NCBI GenBank assembly: GCA_963827655.1
Contig: CAWHCF010000029.1
Span: forward strand, 32,001 to 96,000
Source of the DNA: an uncultured Acidobacteriota bacterium
Lineage (GTDB): Bacteria; Acidobacteriota; UBA6911
Length of the DNA stretch: 64,000 nucleotides
Direction: 5' to 3'
Below are positions 39,505 through 51,300 of the stretch, piece after piece; the first letter of the stretch is position 1, and each line of letters begins with the position of its first letter. A model generated the notes under the pieces. That model was not told where the DNA came from. It was given only the letters and a program-made list of their open reading frames with translations, and searched no databases. A program made the position numbers and the translations under genes.

Positions 39505-41037
39505 ATGTGGATTCGAAAATGCTACAAAGATCATTCCCGAGAGATGAGTTCTCCTGTACCCACTGAGATCGTCTCCAATGAAGAATTCGTTCCCGTTCCT
39601 CAGACCGACGAACAAAAACTGGCCGAGGCGATCATGTTTGAACACGGGACACGCCACGCCAGAAGACTTGGAGTGAACCGCCGTGAGTTCATGCGCAGCG
39701 CCGGAGGCATCTTTTGCGCGCTGGCTGCCATGAACCAGGTTTTTGGCAAAACCTGGGACGTTACCGAGGAGATGATTTACCATCCCGAGATGCTCTACGA
39801 GAAATGGCCCAAAGACCAGTTCATCTTCGACGTTCAGACTCATCATATCGACATCGAGGGGAATTGGTTCCACGCCACCGAAGCCGGACGGAGGTCTCTC
39901 ACTTTTTTCCGGATGCTGCGGCGGTCGCGGTTGAAGCAGGGGCAAGATGGAAAGATCAAGCTGGCCAATCTGGCCGACGAAACCGCTGATATTCTGGCGC
40001 AGCTCAATCAAGACTTCTACATCAAGGAGCTGTTCATGGACAGCGATACGGTGATGACCTGCATGTCCGGCGCTCCGACTCCTACGCATCAGGAAAACTT
40101 TCTGCCGCCTCAAAAGATGGTCGCTACCAGAAACGCGGTGAACAAGCTCGCGGGCAGCCAGAGAATGGTGAGTCACGGGCTGCTGATTCCCAATTGGGAA
40201 CGCCAAAAAGCGGTCGAGGACATGGAGTGGCAAGCCAAGGAACTCAAGATCGAAGCCTGGAAGATGTACACCGGTGCAGCGATGGGAGACACTCAGGGAT
40301 GGTGGCTCGATGATGAGAAGCTGGCGTATCCCTTCTTCGAGAAGGCCCGCCAGATGAAGATCAAGAATCTCTGCATCCACAAGGGTCTACCCCTGGGGTT
40401 TTTCACCGAGGAGTATTGCCATCCAAAGGATGTCGAAAAAGCCGCAAAGGATTGGCCCGACCTGAACTTCATCATCTACCATTCCGCATTGCACTTGAAT
40501 CCGTTGATGTCTCGCGACGGGCGGGAAAAGTCAGCCCAGGATCCTCTCTGGATTCCCTGGTGCTCCGACCTCTTTGCGATCAAGAAGCGCAACCCTCAAC
40601 TCAAGAACATCTATCTGGAACTCGGGAGCACGTTTGCTCAACTGCACCGTAATCCCAAAATGCTCACTCATTTCTTTGGCCAGGCGCTGCAGCTCTTCGG
40701 AGCGGATCACATCTTATGGGGGACGGATTGCTTGTGGAGCGGCAGCCCTCAACCGGTCATCACTTCTCTGCGAACATTCAAGATGGATCCCGAGATTTCA
40801 GCCAAGCACGGCTATCCTGACCTTTCCGATCAGGACAAGAATCTGATCTTCGGTCTCAACGCCGCCCGTCTCTACGGTATCGATCCCAAGGCAAAGCGCA
40901 GCGCGCTGAAGCACGATCATGTTGCGCAGCTGCGGCAAGAATATCAGGTCGACCCGCATCCAAACGGAACCTCCTATGGATGGGTCTGGGTGGATGATGA
41001 CGAAGGTCGCCGGATCATGCGAGACGTGAAAGGGTAG
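39505..41037 (+). CDS. Amidohydrolase family (Amidohydro_2) protein
   Basis: FDVQTHH, WKMY, CIHKG, IIYHSA, WGTDC.W, IFGLNAARLY. Internal NRREFM motif near residue 58. Confidence 0.85.
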   Translation: MWIRKCYKDHSREMSSPVPTEIVSNEEFVPVPQTDEQKLAEAIMFEHGTRHARRLGVNRREFMRSAGGIFCALAAMNQVFGKTWDVTEEMIYHPEMLYEKWPKDQFIFDVQTHHIDIEGNWFHATEAGRRSLTFFRMLRRSRLKQGQDGKIKLANLADETADILAQLNQDFYIKELFMDSDTVMTCMSGAPTPTHQENFLPPQKMVATRNAVNKLAGSQRMVSHGLLIPNWERQKAVEDMEWQAKELKIEAWKMYTGAAMGDTQGWWLDDEKLAYPFFEKARQMKIKNLCIHKGLPLGFFTEEYCHPKDVEKAAKDWPDLNFIIYHSALHLNPLMSRDGREKSAQDPLWIPWCSDLFAIKKRNPQLKNIYLELGSTFAQLHRNPKMLTHFFGQALQLFGADHILWGTDCLWSGSPQPVITSLRTFKMDPEISAKHGYPDLSDQDKNLIFGLNAARLYGIDPKAKRSALKHDHVAQLRQEYQVDPHPNGTSYGWVWVDDDEGRRIMRDVKG

Positions 41038-41066
41038 CTTTTCTTCGTGCCTTGGAGTCTTCGTGG

Positions 41067-42413
41067 TTAATTCTGTTCGCCACCGGAGGCCTGGCGCATC
41101 CAATCCTGAAGCTTCTTCATGTCACGGCGCACCGTGACCGAACCCGCAAACAAAACCAGCGCGAGCGCAATGCCCAGGAGCGGAACCATGTACATGGCCT
41201 GGTGAAGGCCAACCGCCTTGAATTGTTCGGGAATCGGGGAAGCTTCAAGGAGCGTCACACCGGCCGCAGCCGCCGCCCTGCGCGCCATGAGGTCGCTCAC
41301 CCAACCGGTGCCGATGGGTCCAAGCGAGGCTCCAAGAACGTACATTGCGAAGAAATAGAGCGCCATGGCGGTTCCTCTCAGAGCGGGTTCGACGATGTCC
41401 TGCACCGTCGAGTATACGGTGGCGTAGTAGACGTACATCATCATCGATGCTGCCGCCTGAAAGAGCATGAACTGCGTCAGGGCGCCGCTCGGCTGCATCA
41501 GAGCGAGAAAGCTCATGGGGACGCTGAGGAGCAAGGCCCAGCTGGCGACCAGCATGCGGCCGGATTCCCGCCGAAGCATCATCCAGTCACCCAGCCAGCC
41601 GCCGAGGAGCATCCCGCCCGCCCCGACGGACCCGATGACGATCCCGGAGATGAATCCTGCCGTCTGCAGGCTCACATGGTGGTAGCGGCTCAGGAACGCC
41701 GGCAGGAAGGATCCGACTGCGTACATGTTGAAGTTGTGGAGAGCTCCCGAAGCGATGATCCACCACATGGTCGGGATACCGAGGACCAGCCGGTAAGGCG
41801 ATCCAGGCCGCCGGGCAGTCCCAATGTTTTTGATCTCGGAGGACCCACGCCGGGGTTCACGAATCAGCAGAGCCAGCCCGGCCAGAGCCAATCCGGGAAC
41901 GCCCGCTACATAAAACGCGTAGCGCCAGCCGTAGTGTTGAGCGATCGTGCCGCTGACGATATAGCTCAGCGCCAGTCCGACCGGGAGCCCCAGCATGAAG
42001 ATCGATATCGCGCGGGAGCGCTCGTGGGGGCGGAAGAGGTCGCCGATCAGTGAACTCGACGCAGGCGCGCATACGGCCTCTCCGACTCCGACCCCGAGCC
42101 GCGCGCCAAACAACGGCCAGTAACCTCGGCAGAGTCCGGAAGCATATGTCAGTGCGCTCCAGAGCGAGAGGCCGATGGCCAGGAGGTATTTTCGATTCCA
42201 CAGATCCGCCAGCCGGCCCAGCGGCACTCCCACGGCGGCGTAGATCAGAGTAAACGCGGTGCCGAGGAGCCCGACCTGCGTATCGCTCAGAGCCCATTCT
42301 TTGCGAATCGGCTCCGTAACGGCGCTTGGAATCTGCCGGTCGAAGAAGTTCATGGCGTTGATTCCGAAAAGCACCCACAGGGCGAAGAGAGCCTTACGGC
42401 GTTCCTGGTTCAC
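41067..42413 (-). CDS. MFS transporter (spinster-like)
   Basis: NFFDRQI, GRLADLWNRK, RLGVGVGEA, EPRRG; about 12 TM segments. Confidence 0.9.
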   Translation of the reverse strand: MNQERRKALFALWVLFGINAMNFFDRQIPSAVTEPIRKEWALSDTQVGLLGTAFTLIYAAVGVPLGRLADLWNRKYLLAIGLSLWSALTYASGLCRGYWPLFGARLGVGVGEAVCAPASSSLIGDLFRPHERSRAISIFMLGLPVGLALSYIVSGTIAQHYGWRYAFYVAGVPGLALAGLALLIREPRRGSSEIKNIGTARRPGSPYRLVLGIPTMWWIIASGALHNFNMYAVGSFLPAFLSRYHHVSLQTAGFISGIVIGSVGAGGMLLGGWLGDWMMLRRESGRMLVASWALLLSVPMSFLALMQPSGALTQFMLFQAAASMMMYVYYATVYSTVQDIVEPALRGTAMALYFFAMYVLGASLGPIGTGWVSDLMARRAAAAAGVTLLEASPIPEQFKAVGLHQAMYMVPLLGIALALVLFAGSVTVRRDMKKLQDWMRQASGGEQN

Positions 42414-42499
42414 GCGAACCTCTGGTCGAAGATGTGGTGTTTCTTCGTGCCTTTGTGTCCTGGTGGTATGTTGCGCCTAACCACGAAGACACAAAGGCG

Positions 42500-43103
42500 C
42501 TAACGCGATTGAACTGCAGGGTGACTGGCTTCGAAACTGGAAATCCTGTCTGACAAGGCAAGCAGATAGCCGAGCTCGTCGACGCCGTCCAGAAGACACT
42601 TCTTCGAGAACGGGATCGACGGGAAAGGAGACCTGCTTTCCATCCGGCAGCGTCAACAGTTGGGGCGCCAGGTCGACGGTGACTTCAATCGAGGGATCCA
42701 GGCCGACGAGCTTGAAAAGCTCCTGGTGAACCTGGACTTCGACCACGATGGGGAGCAGCCCGTTCTTCAGACAGTTGTTGCGAAAGATGTCGGCGAAAGA
42801 GGTGCTGATGATGGCGCGGAAACCAAAGTCGCCCAGCGCCCAGGGGGCATGCTCACGCGAGCTTCCACAACCAAAGTTGTTGCCTGCTAGAAGTACCTCT
42901 GCCCCGGCGATCTCGGGTTGGTTCAAAACGAAGCCGGGGATTGGATTGCCGGCTGCATCGAAGCGCCAGTCGTAAAACAGGAACTTACCCAATCCTGTTT
43001 TGGCAGTCACCTTCAAGAAGCGCGCCGGAGTAATCTGGTCGGTATCGACATTCTCGTTGGGAAGAGGCACAAGGCGGCTTGTAAACCTGCGAATCGGTTC
43101 CAC
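42500..43103 (-). CDS. leuD: 3-isopropylmalate dehydratase small subunit, with an apparent +1 frameshift at the G run 42612-42614
   Basis: [37 protein letters not shown]. Removing one base restores [19 protein letters not shown]...*. GTG start with GAAGGA SD. Confidence 0.9.
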
Positions 43104-43114
43104 AGCGGTCCTTC

Positions 43115-44518
43115 TCACATAAGGCGCCGGACATCGGCTACCGCCCCGGCGATTGCCGATGCCGCCGCAGTTAGCGGGCTGGCTAAAAAGGTTCGACCCC
43201 CTTTGCCCTGGCGACCTTCGAAATTTCGGTTGCTCGTGCTGATGCAATACTGGCCGGGCTGCAGTTCGTCGCCATTCATGGCAATGCACATGCTGCACCC
43301 GGGCTCCCGCCACTCGGCGCCCGCCTCCAGGAAAATCCTGTCGAGGCCCTCGCTTTCGGCCGCGGCTTTGATGGCCTGCGACCCCGGCACTACCAACACG
43401 CGCAACTTCGGGTGGACCTTTCGTCCTTTAAGCACGCGGGCTGCGGCTCGCAGGTCGAGGAGGCGCGAGTTGGTACAGCTCCCAATGAAAACCACGTCGA
43501 GGGGCTGGCCCAGGAGGGGCTGCCCCGGCGTCAGTCCCATGTATTTCAGCGCTTTGGTGAGGCTGTTTTTGCGAGATGGGTCTGGAATCCCGTCAGGATC
43601 GGGTACGCGGCTCGTGATCGGGACTCCCATTCCGGGGTTGGTCCCGTACGTGATCATCGGCTCGAGATCCGACGCGGTCAGCTGAATACTCTCATCGTAG
43701 ACCGCGCCCTCATCGGTGCGAAGGGCGCGCCACCGCGCGAGCGCGGCATCCCAGTCCCGTCCTTCGGGGACATAGGGTCTACCGGAGAGATACTGAAAGG
43801 TAGTGTCGTCAGCAGCGACCATCCCGGCGCGCGCGCCCCCTTCGATGGACATGTTGCAAATCGTCATGCGTTCTTCCATGTCGAGCGGGCGAATCGCGCT
43901 GCCGGTATATTCGAACACATGACCGGTTCCGCCATCGACGCCAACCTTGGCGATCAGGGCAAGGATAATGTCTTTAGCCGAGACTCCAGCCTCGAGCTTC
44001 CCCTCGACACGCACTTCAAAAGTCTTGGGCTTGCGCTGAAGCAAACACTGGGTCGCGAGGACATGTTCTACCTCGCTGGTGCCGATGCCAAAGGCCAGGG
44101 CTCCAAACGCCCCGTGAGTCGATGTATGGCTGTCGCCGCAAACTATCGTCATGCCCGGCTGCGTCAACCCCAGCTCCGGACCGATGACGTGGATGATGCC
44201 TTGCCGGGGATTTCCCAGACCGAAAAGCTCAATCCCGAAGTCTTTGCAGTTAGCCTCCAGCTGCCGGACCTGGTTCGCGGCCATGGCATCCGCGATCGGA
44301 AGTCCCTGATTTCGGGTGGGGACAATGTGATCCATGGTTGCCACGGTGCGCTCCGGCCGCCGGACTTTCAGATTGCGATTCCGAATGCCCTGGAAGGCCT
44401 GAGGAGATGTGACTTCGTGGATGAGATGCAGGTCGATGTAAAGAACCGCCGGGCAATCCGGCTCGGCCGAAACTACGTGGTTGTTCCAGATTTTCTCAAA
44501 CAGCGTCTCTCGCGTCAT
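43115..44518 (-). CDS. leuC: 3-isopropylmalate dehydratase large subunit
   Basis: [49 protein letters not shown]. Confidence 0.97.
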   Translation of the reverse strand: MTRETLFEKIWNNHVVSAEPDCPAVLYIDLHLIHEVTSPQAFQGIRNRNLKVRRPERTVATMDHIVPTRNQGLPIADAMAANQVRQLEANCKDFGIELFGLGNPRQGIIHVIGPELGLTQPGMTIVCGDSHTSTHGAFGALAFGIGTSEVEHVLATQCLLQRKPKTFEVRVEGKLEAGVSAKDIILALIAKVGVDGGTGHVFEYTGSAIRPLDMEERMTICNMSIEGGARAGMVAADDTTFQYLSGRPYVPEGRDWDAALARWRALRTDEGAVYDESIQLTASDLEPMITYGTNPGMGVPITSRVPDPDGIPDPSRKNSLTKALKYMGLTPGQPLLGQPLDVVFIGSCTNSRLLDLRAAARVLKGRKVHPKLRVLVVPGSQAIKAAAESEGLDRIFLEAGAEWREPGCSMCIAMNGDELQPGQYCISTSNRNFEGRQGKGGRTFLASPLTAAASAIAGAVADVRRLM

Positions 44519-44624
44519 GATGAGCCAATTTTATCATGGGACGTCCGGTCGTTTCCCTCATTTCTGACAGCGGGGAACGACGCCTTCCTCTGCTTTTGAA
44601 ATGAGGCGCCCGGGGAAAGTCCTG

Positions 44625-46908
44625 TTATTCGAGTTTGAATCGTATGCCGGCATTGTAGCGGCGCGGCATTCCCAGGGTCTCGACCGGTGTGCGCCCCACG
44701 GCGTAACTCCGGTCGAAGAGATTTTCACAGGCGAAGAATAGCTCCGCGAAGCGCGTCACGCGGTTTCCCGATCGAGAAGTCCAGCAGCTGATAGGCTCCC
44801 AGCAGGAATTGGTTCTGGTCGTCATCGAACTGGCTGCTCGAGACCCGCAACATCAGGTAAACGAAAAACCGCTCCGGTTGATGGTAAGAAGCTTGAAAAA
44901 CAGCTTGGTGCCGCGGCACCTGTGGAATTCGTAGTCCGACGAGATCGGGTGCCGCCGGGGCGCTCCGGACGGTAGCGTCGGAAAAGAAGTAGCCTGCCCC
45001 GAGAGTCCACCGGGTATCGGGTCGATACACGGCATCGAGTTCGACGCCCCGGCTGCGCGTGCTCCCCAGATTCTGGCGCTGGCGGGTAATGAGGGCGGGT
45101 GTGGAAGAGAGGGTGACGTTGGCAATGTTGTCTTCGATTTCATATGAAAATACCGTTCCCTGGATCGATACCGGCTTGCGCAGCCCCCAATCCAAGCCGA
45201 TCTCTCCTCCTGAGGCGTGTTCCGGCCTCAAGTCACCGTTGGGGTTCGTGACGACATTGCCGACGCGGAAGCCGCGGTAAAGCTCGTTCAACGTCGGGGC
45301 TCGAAACGATCGGGAGATCGATCCGCGCAGCCAGAAGTCGTGGTCCAGATCCAGTCGGGCGCCCACCTTTGGACTCCAGGCGGTATCGCTCCGGGACGAG
45401 AAAGGCGTTTGACGCGCAGCCCCGGTCGAGAAAGTCGTCGTGAACAAGTAGGCGTCGTGATTGCTCCAGCCGTCCCATCGGATTCCCAATACAGCCTGAA
45501 GACGCGAATGGATTTGCCAGAGATCCTGAAAGTAGAAGCCTCCCCTGTCTTGCCGTCCATCGACGCGGCTCGTTCCGGTCGCAATACCGGCGATGTAGGC
45601 GAGCTCATCACTCGCTCCTTTGACCTGGACATAGTCTCCGCCGGCGATGAGCAGGTGTTTCGTTCCGATTGGGCGGCGCCAGAGAGCCTGCCCGCCCGCG
45701 CTCTGCGCGGGGACGCGCTGGCTGCGCGTGAGCAGTTCGCTGGTGCGGTCCAGCGCCACGGAAGAGAACAAGGCGTCGAAAGTTTCGCTCATCGCGAACG
45801 ATTGCACCGACCACTCGTTTCCTCCGGTAACAAAAGACGCGCCGGCCGCCAGGCTCTTCATCTGGGTATCGTTGGTCTGGAGCGGAGTACCGTTCCCGCG
45901 CTCTTCGGAGAAGTCCGAAGCCACCACGAACATTCTGCTGTTCGCATCAAACTGATAATCCCACAGTGCCTCCAGGGCACGATGCTTGCTGCGGGAGGCT
46001 ATGTCCACAGGACCCCTTTCCAGCGGGGCTACCTGAATGTAACCTTCGGTGCGGAACACGTCGCCGCTCAGCGCAACGCCGTGCCGGCCGAATCGGTGTG
46101 AGGTTTGGAAAGCATAATCGCTGGTCTGGAAATTTCCGAGATAGCCCTCGAGGTTTAGTGTCCTGGAGGCGGGTGTTCGCCGAAAGACCTGGATGACGCC
46201 GCCGAGCGCGTCGGTGCCGTAGAGTTCCGAAGCGCCGCCCCGGAGTATCTCGGTCCGATCGATCGAGAGGCGCGGGACTCGACTCCAATACACCCAGCCG
46301 CCAAAGGGATCATTGAGCGGGATGCCGTCGGCAAGCACCAGGCTCCGGCTGGCGCCGCTCGGCCCGACGCCGCGCAGCGAAACGCCTTGCGCCGTAGGAT
46401 GCGCCACGAGGCTGCTGGTGCGGCGAAAAAGCGTGAATCCTGGAACCCGGCGCAGAAAATCATCCAATGTCAGGGCGGGGCTCATTTGCTGATCTTCGTC
46501 TGACAGCAGCGTTACGCTTTGAATGGAACGCGATATCGGGAGCTCGCCTCGGGCGGCGGTCACGGTAACGGAGTCGGCCAGGCGCGAAGGTCCCAGTGTT
46601 ATGGATATCTCGCCGGTGGCCAAGTCGGCGAGCTCGCGCTGCGCTGCCGCGTAGCCGGGCGCATACACCTGAAGCCGCACCGGGAGATTTCCCTTCAGCT
46701 CAAGATGGAACAGGCCGTTTTCGTCGGCGCGAACTTCGTCGACATTACCATCGGCGTAGCTCGCGACGATCCGAGCGAACGGGATGGGATGGTCCGATTC
46801 GTCCAGGATTCGCCCCTGGGCTGTAACGGACTGCGCTATTGAGTCGGACGGGCCGAGAAAGAAGGATGCGATAACCAGGTAACGCAGTATCTGCACTGAG
46901 AGCCTCAT
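44625..46908 (-). CDS. TonB-dependent receptor (plug + barrel), with an apparent +1 frameshift near 44762
   Basis: Signal peptide, VTVTA, LRRVPG, DGIPLND, EILRGGASELYG..ALGGVI, FRAPTLNELY. The C-terminus ENLFDRSY...PRRYNAGIRF lies in the next frame. Confidence 0.88.
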
Positions 46909-47089
46909 GCGGGAAACCTCGAGCGCGCCGAGCCTGAAGTGAAAATGCAATTCAGCGTACGGCTAAGTATAATCTCCAGAGTCTCAGGTTGTGGAAGAGA
47001 ATTACAGAAGAGCCTGGGAGGGTTCGCGTTAAACGCGGGAAAAGAACCACCGCCAAGACGCGAAGCCGCTGTTATAACGGAGGGATTCT

Positions 47090-47470
47090 ATGCTGGGACT
47101 GCGGCACGTCGCGCTTAGAGTCGGGGACATTCGCAAGTCGCTCGATTTTTACACGCGGGTTTTGAAGTTGAAGGTAGAGTGGCACCCCGATCCTGACAAT
47201 GTGTACCTCACCAGCGGTACCGACAACCTGGCCCTGCATCAGGTGGGCGGTGATTCGGTGGCGGCCGCCCCCGGGGCGACAGGTCTGGACCATTTCGGTT
47301 TTCTGGTGGCCACTCCGGAAGAAGTCGATCAGTGGGCGGACCGGCTCCAGCAAGAGGGAGTTGAACTGGTTCAGCAACCGAAGACACATCGAGACGGCGC
47401 GCGATCCATCTACTTCCGCGATCCGGACCGAAACCTCATTCAACTCATTTACCATCCTCCCATAAGCTGA
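47090..47470 (+). CDS. VOC/glyoxalase family protein
   Basis: LRHVALRV.D..KS.DFY, LDHFGF, HRDGARSIYFRDPD. GGAGG SD. Confidence 0.9.
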   Translation: MLGLRHVALRVGDIRKSLDFYTRVLKLKVEWHPDPDNVYLTSGTDNLALHQVGGDSVAAAPGATGLDHFGFLVATPEEVDQWADRLQQEGVELVQQPKTHRDGARSIYFRDPDRNLIQLIYHPPIS

Positions 47471-47561
47471 AAACTCCGTGGTATACTCGGGCGCTCGCTT
47501 TGGGGGATTGCATGCCAGCCGAATTCACGTCGGACGTTCGCGAGGATGGACATTATTGTCG

Positions 47562-48164
47562 GTGAAGAGGAAGATCACTCCACAGGTAGCAAAGCTGATC
47601 GATAGCACGCTCGAGGCCATCATCGATCAATGGTACCTCAGCGTCAGCGACTACTACATTACCATCGAGAGAAGAAGTGAAAACCCCGGTCTCACCGAGA
47701 CCGAGGAACTCAAACGTTTCCATGATGAGACGGGGCACCGCATCAAGTTCAATAAAGGAGAGCTGGATTTCACTTACGGATTGAGTCTTCAGTCAGGGGA
47801 GGAAGGCCACCTTCTCGAAGTCAGCGTCAATAACAAGGTTCCACATTTCAATTACAAGGAACTGGTGCGCCGGCTCTCCTCCTACTACGAATCAGCGCGC
47901 AACAAGCCGATCGCGGGCTTCCAGGATGCCAAGGCGCTGCGTAACTCCGACATCTTCTTCCTGCAGGATCAGATCAAGAACAGCATCACCGTGGAGCAAA
48001 GAGAGGGAAAAGCGGACATCGTCCGCTTGTCCTTCGGAATTGTGGAGGATCATTTCGAAGACCTTGTCGCAGACCCGCCGAGTTTTATGGAAATGATCCA
48101 CCGCTATTGCGTCGCCCCGCTGAGAAGGATCTACGCCGACCTCTACCGCACCAAGAGGAAATAA
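47562..48164 (+). CDS. Hypothetical protein
   Basis: About 200-aa soluble ORF with coding-like composition filling the gap. GTG start inferred; no family recognised. Confidence 0.65.
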   Translation: MKRKITPQVAKLIDSTLEAIIDQWYLSVSDYYITIERRSENPGLTETEELKRFHDETGHRIKFNKGELDFTYGLSLQSGEEGHLLEVSVNNKVPHFNYKELVRRLSSYYESARNKPIAGFQDAKALRNSDIFFLQDQIKNSITVEQREGKADIVRLSFGIVEDHFEDLVADPPSFMEMIHRYCVAPLRRIYADLYRTKRK

Positions 48165-48306
48165 ACAGCGAGACCTGTCACACGTTTCCCGCATTCTTGC
48201 AAGGTACGGATTCCGCCTGGAAAGCTTCGATACCAGCTCAAACAAATGCTGCCAAGAAAAGACATTTGGGGAAGTCCTCGCATCCCCGCGAAGACGTGCT
48301 TATCTA

Positions 48307-48336
48307 TTGACACTTTCAGCCGACCTGAGCGACAAT
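48307..48336 (+). promoter_or_regulatory. Putative sigma70 promoter
   Basis: TTGACA-18 nt-GACAAT about 40 nt upstream of the receptor start, which has an AAGGAGG SD. Confidence 0.45.
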
Positions 48337-48377
48337 CAGTAAATCTCTGGCATCGCTAACCTTGTGAAGGAGGCTCA

Positions 48378-51300
48378 ATGAAGCGAGCGGCTGTAGTGTG
48401 TCTGCTGGTGGCCACAAGCCTGGGTGCGGCATTGGCGCAGGCGCCGGTTGGGATCATCTCCGGCAAAGTCACCGACGAGAGTGGCGGGGTTATTCCAGGC
48501 GCATCGATCGTGATCAAGAACAAGACCACAGGCGCGGAACGCCAGCTGGTGTCGGCTGTGGACGGGGCTTTCAGCGTTCCCGGTCTTCCGGCCGGTCTCT
48601 ACGACGTCCGAGTGGAAGCCAAGGGCTTTCGCACGATCGTGAGGGAGGCCACGGTCGAGACCGGCGCCACCACTACCGCCGATATCCGCATGCTCGTGGG
48701 CGAGGTCACCGAGGTTGTAAGCGTCCAGGCGGCCACAAGCCAGATCGAGTATGAGCGGCACGCGATTGACGGTGTCATTACGCGTCAGAAGATCCAGGAG
48801 CTGCCCCTCAACGGACGCAGCTTCCTGCAGCTCGCCTTCCTGGAGCCGGGCGTGACCGTTTCGCCGGGCACTACAGCGCAGTACAACTCGCTATTCTCGG
48901 TTTCCGTACTCGGCGCCGAATCCAACAAGACGGCGATAACGGTGGACGGCGGCAATGTGCGCAACGCGATCGAAGGCCAGACCCAGATCAACCTCTCCCA
49001 GGAAATGGTGCAGGAGTTTCAGCTCTCCTCGGCCAATTTCGATCTCTCGACGGGCATCACCAGCTCGGGCGCGGTCAACATCGTCACCCGGGGGGGCGGC
49101 AATGATTTTCATGGCAGCGGCTACTTCTTCTTCCGCGATCACAATATGTCCGCCTATCCCAACCTGGTCCGCAGCGCGCTGACGCCGGATCCGTTCTTTG
49201 CGCGTCGCAACCCGGGGTTCTGGGTGGGCGGCCCCATCAAGAAGGACAAGGCCTTTTTCTTTTTCAACTACGAGTACATGAACCAGGTTCAGGTGTTCAG
49301 CTTCAACCCGGACCTCCCCTCGCTCGCCCCCTTGACCAGCGTCAACTACAGCCCGTATGAAGGCAAGACGCTCAGCCTGCGTATGGACTATCGCCTGGCC
49401 TCCAGGCACGACCTGTTCGTGCGTTATTCGCACGACGGCAATGAAGGCTTCGGCCCCAACTCCGGCTCGCCGCTTCCGTCCAACTGGCTGCGCAATACAA
49501 ACTTCAGCGACCAGAGCGTGCTCGGCTTCACCAGCACGTTGACTCCCTCGGTGGTGAACGAATTCCGCTTCAATTACACCTACTGGCAGAACCGCAACCT
49601 GTTCCCGAGGCCCGAGGATTGTCCGGGCTGCGTCGGGCTGGGCTTTCCCAGCGTCACGATGCAGGGCAGCACCAATTTCACGGCGGGCAACACGCTCAAT
49701 GCCACGCAGGGCCGCGACCTGCGGCGGTTCACGTTCACCGACGGCCTGACCTGGCAGAAGGGCACGCACCGTTTCCGTTTCGGCACCGAGCTCGAGTTTG
49801 CCCCGGGCACCGGCTTCTGGGGCTATTGCGACCCGGCCTGCACCAGCGTGTTCTCGATCGAGTCTGTGCGCGGGCTCGTGCCGGCGCAGTTCCTGCCGCT
49901 CTTCAATCTTCCTTCCAGCGTGGCCTCGGACGCGGATCTGCTGCGCCTGCCGTTTGCCGGCGGCGTGGTAGGAGTCGGCGATCCCGGCCAGCCCCCACCG
50001 TACAATCTCGACAAGGCCAAGGCCAACAACCGCTACCGCCTGTACGTTCAGGACACCTGGCGCATGCGCCCGAATTTTACGCTTAACTATGGGTTGAGCT
50101 GGCAGTTCGAGAGCACTCTGGTCAACGGTGATCTCGACAAGCCGGCCTATTTACAGCCGCTCTACGGCAACGACCTGAGCCCAACCGACAACAACTACAG
50201 TAACTTCTCGCCCGCGCTTGGTTTTGCCTGGAACGTGGGCCATGACAACAAGACCGTGGTGCGCGCAGGAGGCGGCATCTACTGGGAGACGGAGCTCTTG
50301 TGGCGCCGGCTCCAGGAGCGCGCCTTCATCGGCCCGGTGGGCAACGGCCGCATTCAGTTTCCTCACACCGGCTTCGTGAACATCTATCCCAATATCACCA
50401 ATTTCAACACCGGCCAGCCGGTGCCGGTGGGAGCTCCGCTGCCGTCGAACACTCTGACCAACCTGACCCTGGGGCAGTTCATGGATATTTACCGCCAACA
50501 GATCGGAGCGGTCAACGCGGCACTGACGCCGAGCAACCCCAATGATCTGTCGGTGCGCGCCGTCGACATCAACAAGGCGGGCGCGCAGCTGTATCCCAAG
50601 AGCTATCCGGTTCAGCGCAGCTATCACATGACGGCGGGCGTGCAGCGCGAGCTGAGGCACGACCTGGTGCTGAGCGTCGACTTTGTCCGCCGCGTTTTTT
50701 CCAACACGCTGCTGGGCGAGGTTGATTACAATCGCTATAACCGGTTCATCAACGGAGTGCGCACGCCGGTGATCCGCCCCTGCCTGACGTCTGAGCTGCA
50801 AAGGCCGGGAATTCAGTGCTCCAGCGGTCCGATCACTTTCTGGACACCCGCCGGCCGCGGGGTCTACAACGCACTGCTGGTGAAGGCTGACAAGCGCTTC
50901 TCCAGCCGGTACCTGTTCACGGTTGCGTACGCTTTAACCGATCAGGAAGGCATCAACAGCGTTACCAACCTCGACAACTATTTCGAGTCCTTCGGCCCGC
51001 AGGGCGCGCGACACATTCTTAACGTGTCGGCAATCGTCGACATGCCGTGGGGTTTCCAGGCGAGCTTCATCTCGGCCACGAGCAGCCGCGGACCGGTGAC
51101 GGCGAACGTCACCAGCGTCGACCTCAATGGCGACGGCACTACGACCACTCCCATCCCCGGCGTTGCGATCAACACCCTGAACCGCGGCTCAGATAAGGAT
51201 GACCTGGCGGCGGCGGTGGGGGCCTGGAACCAGACTTACCCGGCCGGTTCACGCGACGCTCGCGGTCAAAACATCCCCCAGTTGATCCTGCCGTCCAATT

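Noticed and set aside
42600-42625. Programmed frameshifting in leuD
   Set aside because: No slippery heptamer or stimulatory signal. Same-sign indels in two other genes point to sequence error.
44519-44624. Leucine attenuator upstream of leuC
   Set aside because: No Leu-rich leader ORF and no U-tract terminator; only a modest hairpin.
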